From positions 91,271 through 155,270 of IMG/VR virus record IMGVR_UViG_3300020183_000008: a stretch of DNA of 64,000 nucleotides. One strand, given 5' to 3'. This stretch comes from a virus. A model generated the notes under the pieces. That model was not told where the DNA came from, made no database searches, and worked only from the letters and a program-made list of their open reading frames with translations. Below are positions 45,178-54,341 of this stretch, piece by piece (the stretch's first letter is position 1; each line of letters starts with the position of its first letter). A program made the translations under genes and the position numbers.

Positions 45178-46946
45178 TGGCATTTTTGAAGTATGCTGAT
45201 GCTATCGTAAATACACCTAAACTTGGTTCACATAAAGAGTGGAACAAGGTTCGTGTGGCATCTTCTGTGCCCTCTGTGCAGTCCGTTGCTGTAAATAATA
45301 TCTTGGCTGATTTTAGCCCTGATAAATATCTTTTAACTCACGCTACTATTGTTGCAAGCGTGGATGTCGAAAAAAACGATTATTATATCAAATCATGCTG
45401 TTCAAAATACGTTAACCAAAATGGTGATAGCTGGGAAAGAAAACTTCTTCTATCTACATTCCACACATTCATCGGTGCGCAAAATTACTTAGAGCACGTG
45501 CAAATACCGCACCTAAGTAAAGGCAGGATTATCGATGCAGTGGCTCGTTCAGTGAATGATGATGAATCTATTTACATAGACATTCTGGTCGCTACGAGTA
45601 AAGAGCACATTGATCTAGTAGAATCGATCGAAAATGGAACTTTAAATACCCTATCTATGGGGTGTTCAATTAAATTTTCTATTTGCTCAAAATGTGGGAA
45701 TCGAGCAGTTGATGAGACTCAGCTCTGTGACCATATCAAATACATGAAAAATCAATTTTTTGTAGATGAAGATGGTCAACAAAGAATTATCGCTGAACTT
45801 TGCGGTCACCGAGACGAGCCTGATTCAAATGTATTTATTGAAGCATCTTGGGTTGCGAACCCTGCCTTTAAGGGAGCTGTGTTGAGAAACATCATAGTCG
45901 CTAAAGATGATGCAGAAACGGCAAAAAAAATTGAAAAAGCATACATCTCTCGAAAAGCTGAATTCTCAAACATCGATGGGTTTTTAAAAGCGGCGTCAAT
46001 ATCACAAATCGATACGTTGATTTCAAAAATATCTAAAGCATTAAAAAACAAAAAAGCTGACGAAGATCCTCTTGGAGTGTTTGATGATGAAGACGAGGGT
46101 AAGCCTGCTGAAAATACTCAGGCGGAAGCAGATAAATTACAAAATGAATTAACGGATAGCTTAAAACAAGCACCACCTGCGGAAGCACCACCTGCGGAAG
46201 CACCACCTGCGGAAGCACCACCTGCGGAAGCACCACCTGCGGAACAGCCGCCTGCGGAACAGCCGCCTGCGGAACAGCCGCCTGCGGAACAGCCGCCTGC
46301 GGAACAGCCGCCTGCGGAACAGCCGCCTGCGGAACAGCCACCTGCGGAAGCACCACCTGCGGAAGCACCACCTGCGGAAGCACCACCTGCGGAAGCACCA
46401 CCTGCGGAAGCACCACAGGCGATGACTCCACAGGATGGGAGTCCTGCATCTTTAGAAGACTTGATCGATGATGTGAAAAAGAACATCCGCCAACAAATTA
46501 TGGATGAACTTTCAACCGAAGTTCAAAAAATGAACGCGCAAAATGATGATTACACCAGCCACCCTCAGAATTATCCACCGATGTCAAACAATGACAACTT
46601 GGTAAAAGCCTTTGTTAAAGAATATAAACCAAAAACAGGGTGGTCTTCTTCAAAATTAGCATCTGTTTGTAAAATGCTTGTTGCTCAAAACAATAAAGAA
46701 CCTTTGACCAAGTTTGCAAAAAATCGTCGTGATGCAATCGACTTTTTTGAATTTTTAGACAAATTTACAAGCAACGGTTTGTCCTCCATGCACTATAATT
46801 TATTGAGGCGTGCATCTTCCAAAGATTTTTCATCTCCTGATAATTTTTACTCTTATTTAAAAAAATCAGGGTTGGTTGATAACAACGTAATAAAAAAGAT
46901 TTTTGAAAGGGCTTCTCTGTTAAAGGTGCTTGATGACTATTCTTGA
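45177..46946 (+). CDS. Prohead (capsid maturation) protease with zinc finger and Pro-rich linker
   Basis: NQNGD, LEH...GRIIDA, TLSMGC (His/Ser residues of HK97/assemblin-type proteases), CSKC..CDH, EASWVANPA; upstream of scaffold and capsid genes. Confidence 0.75.
   Translation: MAFLKYADAIVNTPKLGSHKEWNKVRVASSVPSVQSVAVNNILADFSPDKYLLTHATIVASVDVEKNDYYIKSCCSKYVNQNGDSWERKLLLSTFHTFIGAQNYLEHVQIPHLSKGRIIDAVARSVNDDESIYIDILVATSKEHIDLVESIENGTLNTLSMGCSIKFSICSKCGNRAVDETQLCDHIKYMKNQFFVDEDGQQRIIAELCGHRDEPDSNVFIEASWVANPAFKGAVLRNIIVAKDDAETAKKIEKAYISRKAEFSNIDGFLKAASISQIDTLISKISKALKNKKADEDPLGVFDDEDEGKPAENTQAEADKLQNELTDSLKQAPPAEAPPAEAPPAEAPPAEAPPAEQPPAEQPPAEQPPAEQPPAEQPPAEQPPAEQPPAEAPPAEAPPAEAPPAEAPPAEAPQAMTPQDGSPASLEDLIDDVKKNIRQQIMDELSTEVQKMNAQNDDYTSHPQNYPPMSNNDNLVKAFVKEYKPKTGWSSSKLASVCKMLVAQNNKEPLTKFAKNRRDAIDFFEFLDKFTSNGLSSMHYNLLRRASSKDFSSPDNFYSYLKKSGLVDNNVIKKIFERASLLKVLDDYS
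46170..46409 (+). repeat. 16 x 15-bp coding minisatellite, (A/Q)PPAE
   Basis: 5 x GCACCACCTGCGGAA, 7 x CAGCC(G/A)CCTGCGGAA, 4 x GCACCACCTGCGGAA. Confidence 0.97.
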
Positions 46947-47154
46947 AGAAATTGAAAGCCTACTGTCAAAAGTAGCTTACAAACCCAGAATTCAAAGACA
47001 GCACAAGATTCGTGGTAAATCCCGCGTGGAAAGCAGGATGTACTATCGAAAACATAGATCGGCGATTAAGAAAAGGATGCACGTATATCGAAAGAGATAC
47101 AAAAATCTTTTGAAAGCTAGAAAAAGAAGACCATCGTATAGAAGGATTGGGTAG
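46933..47154 (+). CDS. Highly basic Arg/Lys/Tyr-rich small protein (putative DNA-condensing core protein)
   Basis: YYRKHRSAIKKRMHVYRKRYK...RKRR after an acidic leader ending in KVA. Confidence 0.65.
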   Translation: MTILEEIESLLSKVAYKPRIQRQHKIRGKSRVESRMYYRKHRSAIKKRMHVYRKRYKNLLKARKRRPSYRRIG

Positions 47155-47405
47155 TGTCGAAAGATCATATTTCAAGCATCGTATATCAGTTAGAAGAATG
47201 CTCAGATGACATACTTGATTCTGATATCTATACAGCATCGCGCTTGCGAAGAATCGCATCGAACATCGCTCTAGCTTTCGTGGACAATGATTTATTGATT
47301 TCACAGCTTGATGTGGATGATAAAACAAAAGCTAAAATTGCAGCTATGATAAAAGAAGCTGTCGAGAAGAGACAGAAAAAAAAGAAAAAAGAAATTAAAT
47401 ATTAA
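47154..47405 (+). CDS. Small probable head protein
   Basis: TASRLRRIASNIALAF motif. Confidence 0.65.
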   Translation: MSKDHISSIVYQLEECSDDILDSDIYTASRLRRIASNIALAFVDNDLLISQLDVDDKTKAKIAAMIKEAVEKRQKKKKKEIKY

Positions 47406-47445
47406 TTTTTTGGTTTTATCTGAAAGGTTTGATTACGGAGGAATT

Positions 47446-48669
47446 ATGAGAGATCGTTTGACAAGAAGAATTAAGAAAGCGGATCCTTTTACTCTTGGAC
47501 GGGAAAAAGCAGATGTTTACCCTGTCGAGAAGTATGAAAAAGGTGGTCCAAGTGAGTTCGGTGAAGATGTTTATGATAAAAATCTTTCCGAGGCTGATGA
47601 GCGTGAAGAAACAGGTCACGCGTCTGAATCATTCAAGAATTTTGGACCGAGTGTAAAAGAAGCGGCTATCAAGCAAGCTAAGGAAATCAAAGCTAAAGCG
47701 GTAAAATGCGTTCGCATCGCTGAAGCTATGCTTCCAGATGCTAAAGAAGAGGCTATCGAGGATCAAGGTCTTGATCTTATGGAACTTTCTGACCGTGCTA
47801 TCGAAGCTACTCTGAAGCGTCTCGCTGAAATTGAAGATGAGCAAGAAGAAGCACAGGAAAAAGAAGAAGAAGTTGTTAAGGAAGCACGCACTCTTCTCGC
47901 AAAAGTTCGCGGTTTGATCGCTGAACTCGAAGAAGAAGAAGAAGCCGCTGAAGAAGTAGAAGAAGATGAAGAAGCCGCTGAAGAAGATGAAGAAATGAGC
48001 GAAGCTGAAAAGAAGGCTTCCGTTCTCGTCAAGAAAGCGAAAGGCATCATCCTAGCTGCTGAAGCTGAAGAAGAACTCGGTGATGAAGAAGAAGCTGAAG
48101 AGCTCAAGAAAGCTGCACGCGCAGTTTTAGCTTCAGCGCGTCGCGTTCTCGCTGGGATGGAAGACCTTCCACCTGCTCTTCAAGAAAACGCTAAGAAGAT
48201 GAAAGAAGAAGGCGGACTCGAAGAAGAAGATGACCTTGAAGCTAAAAAAGAAGCTGCGATGCGTCATCTCGAAGCTGCTCGTAAGCTAATGGCTGAATGG
48301 GAAGCTGAGTGCGGTAAGGAAGAAGAGCCTGAAGCTGAAGTCGAAGCGAAGGAAGATGAAGAACCTGAAGCTATGGAAGAAGATCCAGAACTCGAAGACG
48401 AAGCTGAAGAAGAAGATCTCGATATGATCCCTTCTGAAAAAGATGAAGGTCTTGAAGAAATCTTCATGAATGAAGACATGAAGGAAGCTCAGGAAGCATA
48501 CGAAGCTGCGTTCGGTGAAGGCAAAGAAGATGAAGAAGCTCCTGTAAAAACTGCGTCTAAAAAAGGTGCTAAATCTCTAAAGGCAGGAATCAAAATTAGC
48601 TCTGTTTCTAATTCTGATTTGTCCAACCTTTGGGATGCTCCTCCAGACGTTTCTCATCTTTTCAAGTAA
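47446..48669 (+). CDS. Capsid scaffolding protein
   Basis: Very Glu/Ala-rich helical repeats; SD GGAGG; lies between the protease and capsid genes. Confidence 0.7.
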   Translation: MRDRLTRRIKKADPFTLGREKADVYPVEKYEKGGPSEFGEDVYDKNLSEADEREETGHASESFKNFGPSVKEAAIKQAKEIKAKAVKCVRIAEAMLPDAKEEAIEDQGLDLMELSDRAIEATLKRLAEIEDEQEEAQEKEEEVVKEARTLLAKVRGLIAELEEEEEAAEEVEEDEEAAEEDEEMSEAEKKASVLVKKAKGIILAAEAEEELGDEEEAEELKKAARAVLASARRVLAGMEDLPPALQENAKKMKEEGGLEEEDDLEAKKEAAMRHLEAARKLMAEWEAECGKEEEPEAEVEAKEDEEPEAMEEDPELEDEAEEEDLDMIPSEKDEGLEEIFMNEDMKEAQEAYEAAFGEGKEDEEAPVKTASKKGAKSLKAGIKISSVSNSDLSNLWDAPPDVSHLFK

Positions 48670-48687
48670 GAGACTTTAGGGGGAACC

Positions 48688-49218
48688 ATGTTAAACATCC
48701 TATATGTAGGTAAAAGAACAAGTTTAGGGAAGCTCACGAACCTTGCTTTCACGAAAAGCAACGCTAGTGGTAACGCTCAACTTGCAGCTAACCTTACGTT
48801 AGCACCCTATCGGGATGTTGCTGGAGTTCTCGGTGGCTCCGTTGCCGCTGCGGTCGGTTCCGATCTTATCGGACCTTCAGGTGCAGCAGCAGCGAGTGAC
48901 TCCGTTGTCGGTATTTTCATCAACAATGCAGCGGGTAACCCGTTTGAAAATTCTCCTGCTGCATCTTCTGGAATTGGTCCCTACGTTAGCGGGATGGGGA
49001 CTTTTGAAGTGGATATTTTCGAAACACACGATACTTCGGGAAATCCAATTCAGTTGCCTCAGGTTGGTGAAAAACTTTACTCATCCCAAAATGGTCTGCT
49101 TACTACAGTAAGAGGTCTCGCGGGTGGAACAGCACCATCAGGAGCAACAGTTATCGGCATCGTAACTGTAGCACCAAGCGGTAGCAATTTAATGATGCGA
49201 TTTGATATGCGGATTTAA
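48688..49218 (+). CDS. Capsid decoration/cement protein
   Basis: Small, Gly/Ala/Ser-rich; upstream of the major capsid gene. Confidence 0.6.
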   Translation: MLNILYVGKRTSLGKLTNLAFTKSNASGNAQLAANLTLAPYRDVAGVLGGSVAAAVGSDLIGPSGAAAASDSVVGIFINNAAGNPFENSPAASSGIGPYVSGMGTFEVDIFETHDTSGNPIQLPQVGEKLYSSQNGLLTTVRGLAGGTAPSGATVIGIVTVAPSGSNLMMRFDMRI

Positions 49219-49275
49219 TTTTATTCTTAATAAGCGAGTAATAAATCGCTCAAAGGAAAGGTTTAGGAGGAAATT

Positions 49276-49716
49276 ATGGCTCTTTTTGAAATTCTTCACG
49301 CGGTAAAGCGTCCTACGATTCTCAAGCTATCGGCTGGGGTCAGCAAAGACGCTGTTTTGGCAGGTAAACTCGCGGCTGTTAACAACTCGGGTGAACTTGA
49401 AATCGCTGGTAATAACAGCGCAGCAGTTGTTGGAGTCTTCCAGACTCAAGCATCTGTTCCTGCTTACGAATCAACCGGTCTTCTCAGTGCTCAGGTAAAC
49501 GGAGCAGTTGGAAGCGCGGGCGGCGGTAGCAAGGTTTCTCTCGTTGCAGGTGCAGGCGCAGTTATCAAGACAGATCAGGTTGCAGGAAGCCCTCTTGCAG
49601 GTGCTTTGCTTGGATCAGATGGTTCTGGTCTTTTCAAGGCTTACTCAAGTGGAACCGTCGCTGGCATCGTCCTCAAGGTCGAAGCTGATGGTTACGTTAT
49701 CCAGCTCCGTATCTAA
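49276..49716 (+). CDS. Second capsid decoration/cement protein
   Basis: Paralog-like to the previous gene (VVG(I/V)F, GIV, ends (M/L)RI); SD AGGAGG. Confidence 0.6.
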   Translation: MALFEILHAVKRPTILKLSAGVSKDAVLAGKLAAVNNSGELEIAGNNSAAVVGVFQTQASVPAYESTGLLSAQVNGAVGSAGGGSKVSLVAGAGAVIKTDQVAGSPLAGALLGSDGSGLFKAYSSGTVAGIVLKVEADGYVIQLRI

Positions 49717-49795
49717 TAAAAGATTGATATAAATTTAGAGTCAAGTGTTAGCGAGCAAGTGTCTCGTGAAAAACATAAAGGACTAAGGAGAAAAC

Positions 49796-50662
49796 ATGAA
49801 GGCATCTAACGAAACAAAGCAGAAGGTCATCTCTGACCTTATTAAGACAGCAGCAGGTCGCGCTAAACTCGCGGCTTCTATGGTTCAACCACTCCGTTTC
49901 CGTCGTGACTATACCTCGATCGGTCGTAAGACTTTCTTGGTTGAATCACTTCCTGATGGCGCGTTGCCAATCTATGACAAGGATCCTAAGGCTACAGCTT
50001 ATGTGATCGGTGAAGAAGGTGAAAACATTCTCGCTATCCAAAAGCCAAAGCGTGTAATTTTCCCATTGTTCGAAATCGCTTCGAATCCTGAAATCCCTCT
50101 TACTCAGATCAAAGAGCGTCGCTTCGACCTAATCGAACGTGCTCAAGATCTCGCTAAGTCTGAAATTCAGGCTGAAGAAGATGGTCGCGTATTTGAAATC
50201 CTCGACGCTATCGCTGGTGCAGCTACCGATGATGGTATCACTAACCCTGATATCCCTGTCGTTGCTCCTATCACCCCTAGCGTTCTCGCTGACAGCTACG
50301 CTGATGTTGAACGTCATGACCTTCGCGTCTCTAAGGTTTTTGCTAACGCAAAAGACTATAGCGATATTCGTAAATGGGGTCGCGACGTACTTGACATCGA
50401 AACTCAACAAACACTTCTCAAGACTGGATTGCTCGCGTACCTCTGGGGTGCACAAATCCTCGTCTCTCGTCGTGTTCCTGTGAACCATCTTTACACTTGC
50501 TGTGAAGCTGAAATGTTCGGCAGAATTCCTGTGCGTAGCGAATTGACTGTACTATCTGCTGATGATCCTAAGGCTCGTACTGTTGGATTCTCAATCTTCG
50601 AGAACATCGGAATCGGTGCGCATAACCCTGCGGGATTGTCGCGTCTTGTTGTAGCTCGTTAA
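49796..50662 (+). CDS. Major capsid protein (compact HK97-fold type)
   Basis: Last gene of the protease-scaffold-decoration run; strong SD and codon bias; followed by a terminator; GLLAYLWGAQILVS..VP and GFSIFENIGIGAHNP match HK97-type capsid C-termini. Confidence 0.85.
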   Translation: MKASNETKQKVISDLIKTAAGRAKLAASMVQPLRFRRDYTSIGRKTFLVESLPDGALPIYDKDPKATAYVIGEEGENILAIQKPKRVIFPLFEIASNPEIPLTQIKERRFDLIERAQDLAKSEIQAEEDGRVFEILDAIAGAATDDGITNPDIPVVAPITPSVLADSYADVERHDLRVSKVFANAKDYSDIRKWGRDVLDIETQQTLLKTGLLAYLWGAQILVSRRVPVNHLYTCCEAEMFGRIPVRSELTVLSADDPKARTVGFSIFENIGIGAHNPAGLSRLVVAR

Positions 50663-50685
50663 TTTCGCTTCTTTGATTCGGAATT

Positions 50686-50723
50686 AAAAAAGCCCTGACA
50701 GAGAGATCTGTCATGGCTTTTTT
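50686..50723. terminator. Bidirectional-type terminator after the capsid gene
   Basis: AAAAAAGCC-C-TGACAGA-GAGA-TCTGTCA-T-GGCTTTTTT. Confidence 0.85.
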
Positions 50724-50890
50724 GTTTGAAAAATATGCTTGCGCGTAGGTTAAGATTTGAGAATAAATCTCCAGTTACCTGAACCGTAAATAGGGTAGAT
50801 ACCCTCTGCTGCAAGTAGGGTTAGTGCAGAAATTTCTTTATCCCATTTTTGTGCAGATGACCCTAAAATATTTTCAGGTCGTTTGCGAGT

Positions 50891-51784
50891 TCATTTGGAT
50901 ACCAACCCAATTTTATACCTAAACTCGCCCAAGATGTTCGGTTCAACGAGTTTTTCAAACTTATAGGCATCCACACCTTGAAAGAATATCCGCGAGTCTC
51001 TCGTGTATGCCTTCATACCCCACCGTTCTTGAAACCATCTGATTATGATTTCTCTATCTTCATCATCATAAGCATCTGTCGAGAGACCTATGAGATTTTG
51101 AGTTTTGAACCCATCATCTTGAAACCAATATGTGAGTCCTCTGTCATCTAATTTCCTCAGGGCGTCTTCGCTCACATACTTAATTCGACCTCGATAAAAC
51201 ATGGGGTGGATGTCACTGAAGATTTTTGAATTCACTGTTTTGAAAGAAACAGATGTGTAGGTCTTATCGGCTTTCTTGTGGTACCGTTCATTGACCTTGA
51301 TTTCGTTTGAAGTCAGGTTTCTAAGAACTTGGAATTTATGTTCACAGTAGCTCTTCTGGGGCAAGCCGTGCTCAAACTTAATTCTCGCAGATCCGTGGTG
51401 TAGTTCTAAAAAAGCATCTCCGAAAAGGCTTCCATAAATGAGTTGTTCTTGAATCGGGTGGAGCCAATTCAAAGGCTCATTTCCACTCCAAAGGGTTTCG
51501 TGCGTCAGTTGATGTCGTATCAGAGCCTTGCTGACCGCGATGGTAGTTGTATTGGCTTGTTTTGCGATCTCTTCGATTGTTCTTTTTTTCTCGATGTATT
51601 CTTCAATCAGAAATCTTTTTGTGATGTTCACACCATCGTTACGCCTGAACACAACCTTTTGGTTCTTGAGCCACGCATAGATTGATGAGAATGAAGAATT
51701 GAGGCGTTGCGCTATTTCCGTGATGGGGGCACCTGACAGGTAGAGTTGAACCGCTTGCTCGTGTTTTTCAGGTAGTTTTCTCAT
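50891..51784 (-). CDS. Free-standing LAGLIDADG homing endonuclease with N-terminal HTH repeats
   Basis: QLIYGSLFGDA and GLTYWFQDDG double motifs; ITEIAQRLNSS and TIEEIAKQAN HTHs; likely start ATG 51784. Confidence 0.88.
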   Translation of the reverse strand: MRKLPEKHEQAVQLYLSGAPITEIAQRLNSSFSSIYAWLKNQKVVFRRNDGVNITKRFLIEEYIEKKRTIEEIAKQANTTTIAVSKALIRHQLTHETLWSGNEPLNWLHPIQEQLIYGSLFGDAFLELHHGSARIKFEHGLPQKSYCEHKFQVLRNLTSNEIKVNERYHKKADKTYTSVSFKTVNSKIFSDIHPMFYRGRIKYVSEDALRKLDDRGLTYWFQDDGFKTQNLIGLSTDAYDDEDREIIIRWFQERWGMKAYTRDSRIFFQGVDAYKFEKLVEPNILGEFRYKIGLVSK

Positions 51785-52652
51785 CAGGGTTTCTTTTTGG
51801 GTAGGGCTTAGTTTGATATTTTTTAAAAGTATTAAGTTCAGCCTGTTCTTTTTTATCTTTGCCAAGAACTAAGATGTATTTACCTTTCGGGTTGACTTTG
51901 ATTTTTTTAGATTCTTTTTTGATGTTTGATCCCCACTGATACCATGCTTTTTTGATAATATCTGGGATTTTGCTCAAGTCTTTAAATCCGTTTTCTTTAA
52001 TCCAACTTGGGTCGATGGTGATTCCAGTCTCTTTTGCCCATTTTTTAAGCGTTGATGTTCGTCTGAGAGTTTGTGGTGAGAAGGGTTCACCTTTTTTCAT
52101 GGCAGGGTGTACGAGCATTTCTTTTACACCGAAACCTGAGCCTAGGTATTCAAAGTTACAGGCTTGATAAATTGTACCGATTTCGTGCGCAGATGGGTCT
52201 GCATAAGCGACAAACATTCTTTTCTCGGTATTGCTCACCATCCATCGACACGAGTGCATGATCAAGCGGCTTGCTAAGTTTTTAGGAGTCCACGAAGCAC
52301 AGGCACCTCGTTGGATGAGAGCCTCATATTTTCTTGTGTTGGAACCGAGTATTTTGGAATAGCTGTTTGGTTCATTGATAAGGACGACACCACCGAGGAC
52401 ACCGTTGTAACGGGCTGTGAATACCCATTTAGGGCTAACTCCCGTGGTACCAAGCCATTCATAGGTCTTGATGAAGTGGGTGATCTCTTTGCTCATGGGT
52501 TCTAAACTGAGGGTAAAATCAGTAGCTTTGAGGGAAGAGTGGTCGAAGGGCAAGGTTTTAAGATCAGATTCGAAGAGGTTTTCTCTGATAATCCTCTGGT
52601 GGCTTTTCATACCTTGACTTTTTTCTTTAGGTTTTGATAGGTGTATAGACAT
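51768..52652 (-). CDS. Mom-family (GNAT) DNA base-modification protein
   Basis: TPKNLASRLIMHS...FVAYADPSAHEIGTIYQACNFEYLG matches the Mom-like pattern (S/A)YAD...GTIYQA.N(W/F).Y.G. Confidence 0.78.
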   Translation of the reverse strand: MSIHLSKPKEKSQGMKSHQRIIRENLFESDLKTLPFDHSSLKATDFTLSLEPMSKEITHFIKTYEWLGTTGVSPKWVFTARYNGVLGGVVLINEPNSYSKILGSNTRKYEALIQRGACASWTPKNLASRLIMHSCRWMVSNTEKRMFVAYADPSAHEIGTIYQACNFEYLGSGFGVKEMLVHPAMKKGEPFSPQTLRRTSTLKKWAKETGITIDPSWIKENGFKDLSKIPDIIKKAWYQWGSNIKKESKKIKVNPKGKYILVLGKDKKEQAELNTFKKYQTKPYPKRNPDEKTT

Positions 52653-52935
52653 GAATCAGACTTTCACATTCAAAGTGACCCCTTTGTTCCGCGAGACAGT
52701 GGAATCCTCTTTATGTTATGTGAAGAATGTTAATTTATCAAGAGAATTTGATCTTAGTCAAAGTGAAGTGTCATTGACGAGTCGGCAAGTCTCTTTGATC
52801 CTAGAGGGTTTGCAACCAGTTATTGAGTACCACAATAATCATGAGATGTGGGAGAAGGCTGATGCCTTCAAAGAAATTCAAACTTATCTGATTTTAGAAT
52901 CTAAGAATCAGTATTTCGGGGATGTGGCGAAATAG
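52651..52935 (+). CDS. Hypothetical protein (3' end overlaps tRNA)
   Basis: 94-aa ORF with AGGTG SD. Confidence 0.5.
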   Translation: MNQTFTFKVTPLFRETVESSLCYVKNVNLSREFDLSQSEVSLTSRQVSLILEGLQPVIEYHNNHEMWEKADAFKEIQTYLILESKNQYFGDVAK

Positions 52936-53004
52936 GTAGACGCATCGGACTTAAAATCCGGTGGGAGTAATCTCGTGCCAGTTCGAGTCTGGTCATCCCT
53001 ACCA
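52918..53004 (+). tRNA. trnL: tRNA-Leu(TAA)
   Basis: Acceptor GGGGATG/CATCCCT-A-CCA, anticodon arm TCGGA-CTTAAAA-TCCGG, long variable arm, T-loop TTCGAGT. Confidence 0.96.
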
Positions 53005-53005
53005 T

Positions 53006-53401
53006 TTATTTCTTTATGTATTTTTGTGCGAGTTCGGGTCTGTTTGAGTAATAACTTTCATTTCTCAAACCTGCGGAAATACAGCCACAAGATTTAGATT
53101 TCCCAGAAATCAATGAAGATGATCGCACTGAAACTTTCGACCCGCAAAAACACTTGCATAACCATCTGTAGTTACCTGAGCTATCTTTCCCCTCTGATTT
53201 TTCTACGACAAGAAAACCAAATTTATCACATGTGTGTATCTTGGCTCGTGATCTCAGGTGGTTTGTTTTCAAACACCCACAAGATTTACTGTTATAGAAT
53301 TGCTTGATTGTTTTTTGTAATTTTTTTCCGCAGTCGCACAAACATATAACAGTATCACCATCTCTTTTTACTACATTAAGTAATCCGTTTTTGTTTTTCA
53401 T
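53006..53401 (-). CDS. Tandem CxCxCG...SCGC zinc-module protein (type found in HNH/AP2 homing endonucleases), no nuclease domain
   Basis: CLCDCGK..SKSCGC and WLCKCFCG..SKSCGC. Confidence 0.75.
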   Translation of the reverse strand: MKNKNGLLNVVKRDGDTVICLCDCGKKLQKTIKQFYNSKSCGCLKTNHLRSRAKIHTCDKFGFLVVEKSEGKDSSGNYRWLCKCFCGSKVSVRSSSLISGKSKSCGCISAGLRNESYYSNRPELAQKYIKK

Positions 53402-53458
53402 GGATTAGAGTCACCTCTCTGTTTGTTCTCTAATAAAAATAATATTAAAAGGTGCTTG

Positions 53459-53773
53459 ATGGCTGAAAATTTAGATAAATTATTCAAAGATATGAAGGGT
53501 GGTGAATGGCAACCACTTTACTTATTTAAACCTGCTACGGTTCGGGAACTTTTTTTAATTGTTTCAGACCTTCAGGAAGAGCTATCTGTTTTGGATTACC
53601 CAGCTATTAAAAAATTTCAGGCACTTTTAGAGTTACATGTTACAAAAGCGCATTTATACAAAAACCGTAATCAAGTTGAGTTCGTATTGAATGTTACGAA
53701 TGCGATTTTGAATGTGAATGATATTTTAGATTGGTTGTACAAAAATCGTAAATCTCACAAGGAGGGGTTATGA
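53459..53773 (+). CDS. Hypothetical protein
   Basis: AAGGTG SD before ATG 53459. Confidence 0.65.
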   Translation: MAENLDKLFKDMKGGEWQPLYLFKPATVRELFLIVSDLQEELSVLDYPAIKKFQALLELHVTKAHLYKNRNQVEFVLNVTNAILNVNDILDWLYKNRKSHKEGL

Positions 53774-54039
53774 AACGTATTACGCATACAGGTGAAGTTA
53801 CTTTGGCGTTAGGTGGTTTTAAAGTAGGTGATTTTGAATCATCTGTTTATCTTGGAGACATCGGTCGCCGTAACGGTCTCGGCGGTGGTGGTTCTATTTA
53901 TCAGCTTGGTCAAGATCAATATCTTGCTTCCGGTGACTATGTAGATTTGGTTGCAACTGGAGATGTGCTTCTTTCTATTGAGAAAGGTGTCATCGCTAAA
54001 CTTGTATCCATCGGTCTTCTCGAAGTCACTGATGTTTAA
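53770..54039 (+). CDS. Small probable structural protein
   Basis: Strong SD AAGGAGG; followed by a terminator. Confidence 0.7.
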   Translation: MKRITHTGEVTLALGGFKVGDFESSVYLGDIGRRNGLGGGGSIYQLGQDQYLASGDYVDLVATGDVLLSIEKGVIAKLVSIGLLEVTDV

Positions 54040-54045
54040 TCTTTG

Positions 54046-54073
54046 AGGGTCGTCTTCGGACGACCCTTTTTTT
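54046..54073 (+). terminator. Rho-independent terminator with cUUCGg loop
   Basis: AGGGTCGTC-TTCG-GACGACCCT followed by T6. Confidence 0.92.
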
Positions 54074-54086
54074 ACTCAGGTATAAT

Positions 54087-54341
54087 ATGGATCAACAACG
54101 CGACCAAAGAGAGCATCGCACCTCAGATTTATACTTTGGTGCATATTTGATGACAGCGGGCTGCACTTTGAAAAAAACTGAGCGCGTTATGAGCCGAATT
54201 TTTTTCATTTTCGATTATACACCTTTGTTGGAAGAGCTGAAAATTCAGTATTTCAATGGTGAGGCGAAAGTGAAAGCTCAGGCTTATGCGGCTCAAATAA
54301 AGAATTTAAAAAGTCTGACTCATCAAATTCTCGCTAGTTGA
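54087..54341 (+). CDS. DUF5659-like small protein
   Basis: TSDLYFGAYL..G...RIFFIF pattern. Confidence 0.55.
   Translation: MDQQRDQREHRTSDLYFGAYLMTAGCTLKKTERVMSRIFFIFDYTPLLEELKIQYFNGEAKVKAQAYAAQIKNLKSLTHQILAS

Noticed and set aside
46033-46486. Antisense repeat ORFs (VVLPQ and SAGGA repeats)
   Set aside because: Shadows of the 15-bp minisatellite within the protease gene
50891-51865. LAGLIDADG as part of a group I intron or intein
   Set aside because: The capsid gene and the Mom-like gene are each uninterrupted, and there are no intein termini or intron core motifs
52918-53004. tRNA as prophage attachment site or host-phage boundary
   Set aside because: No integrase or duplicated tRNA 3' end, and phage structural genes continue on both sides
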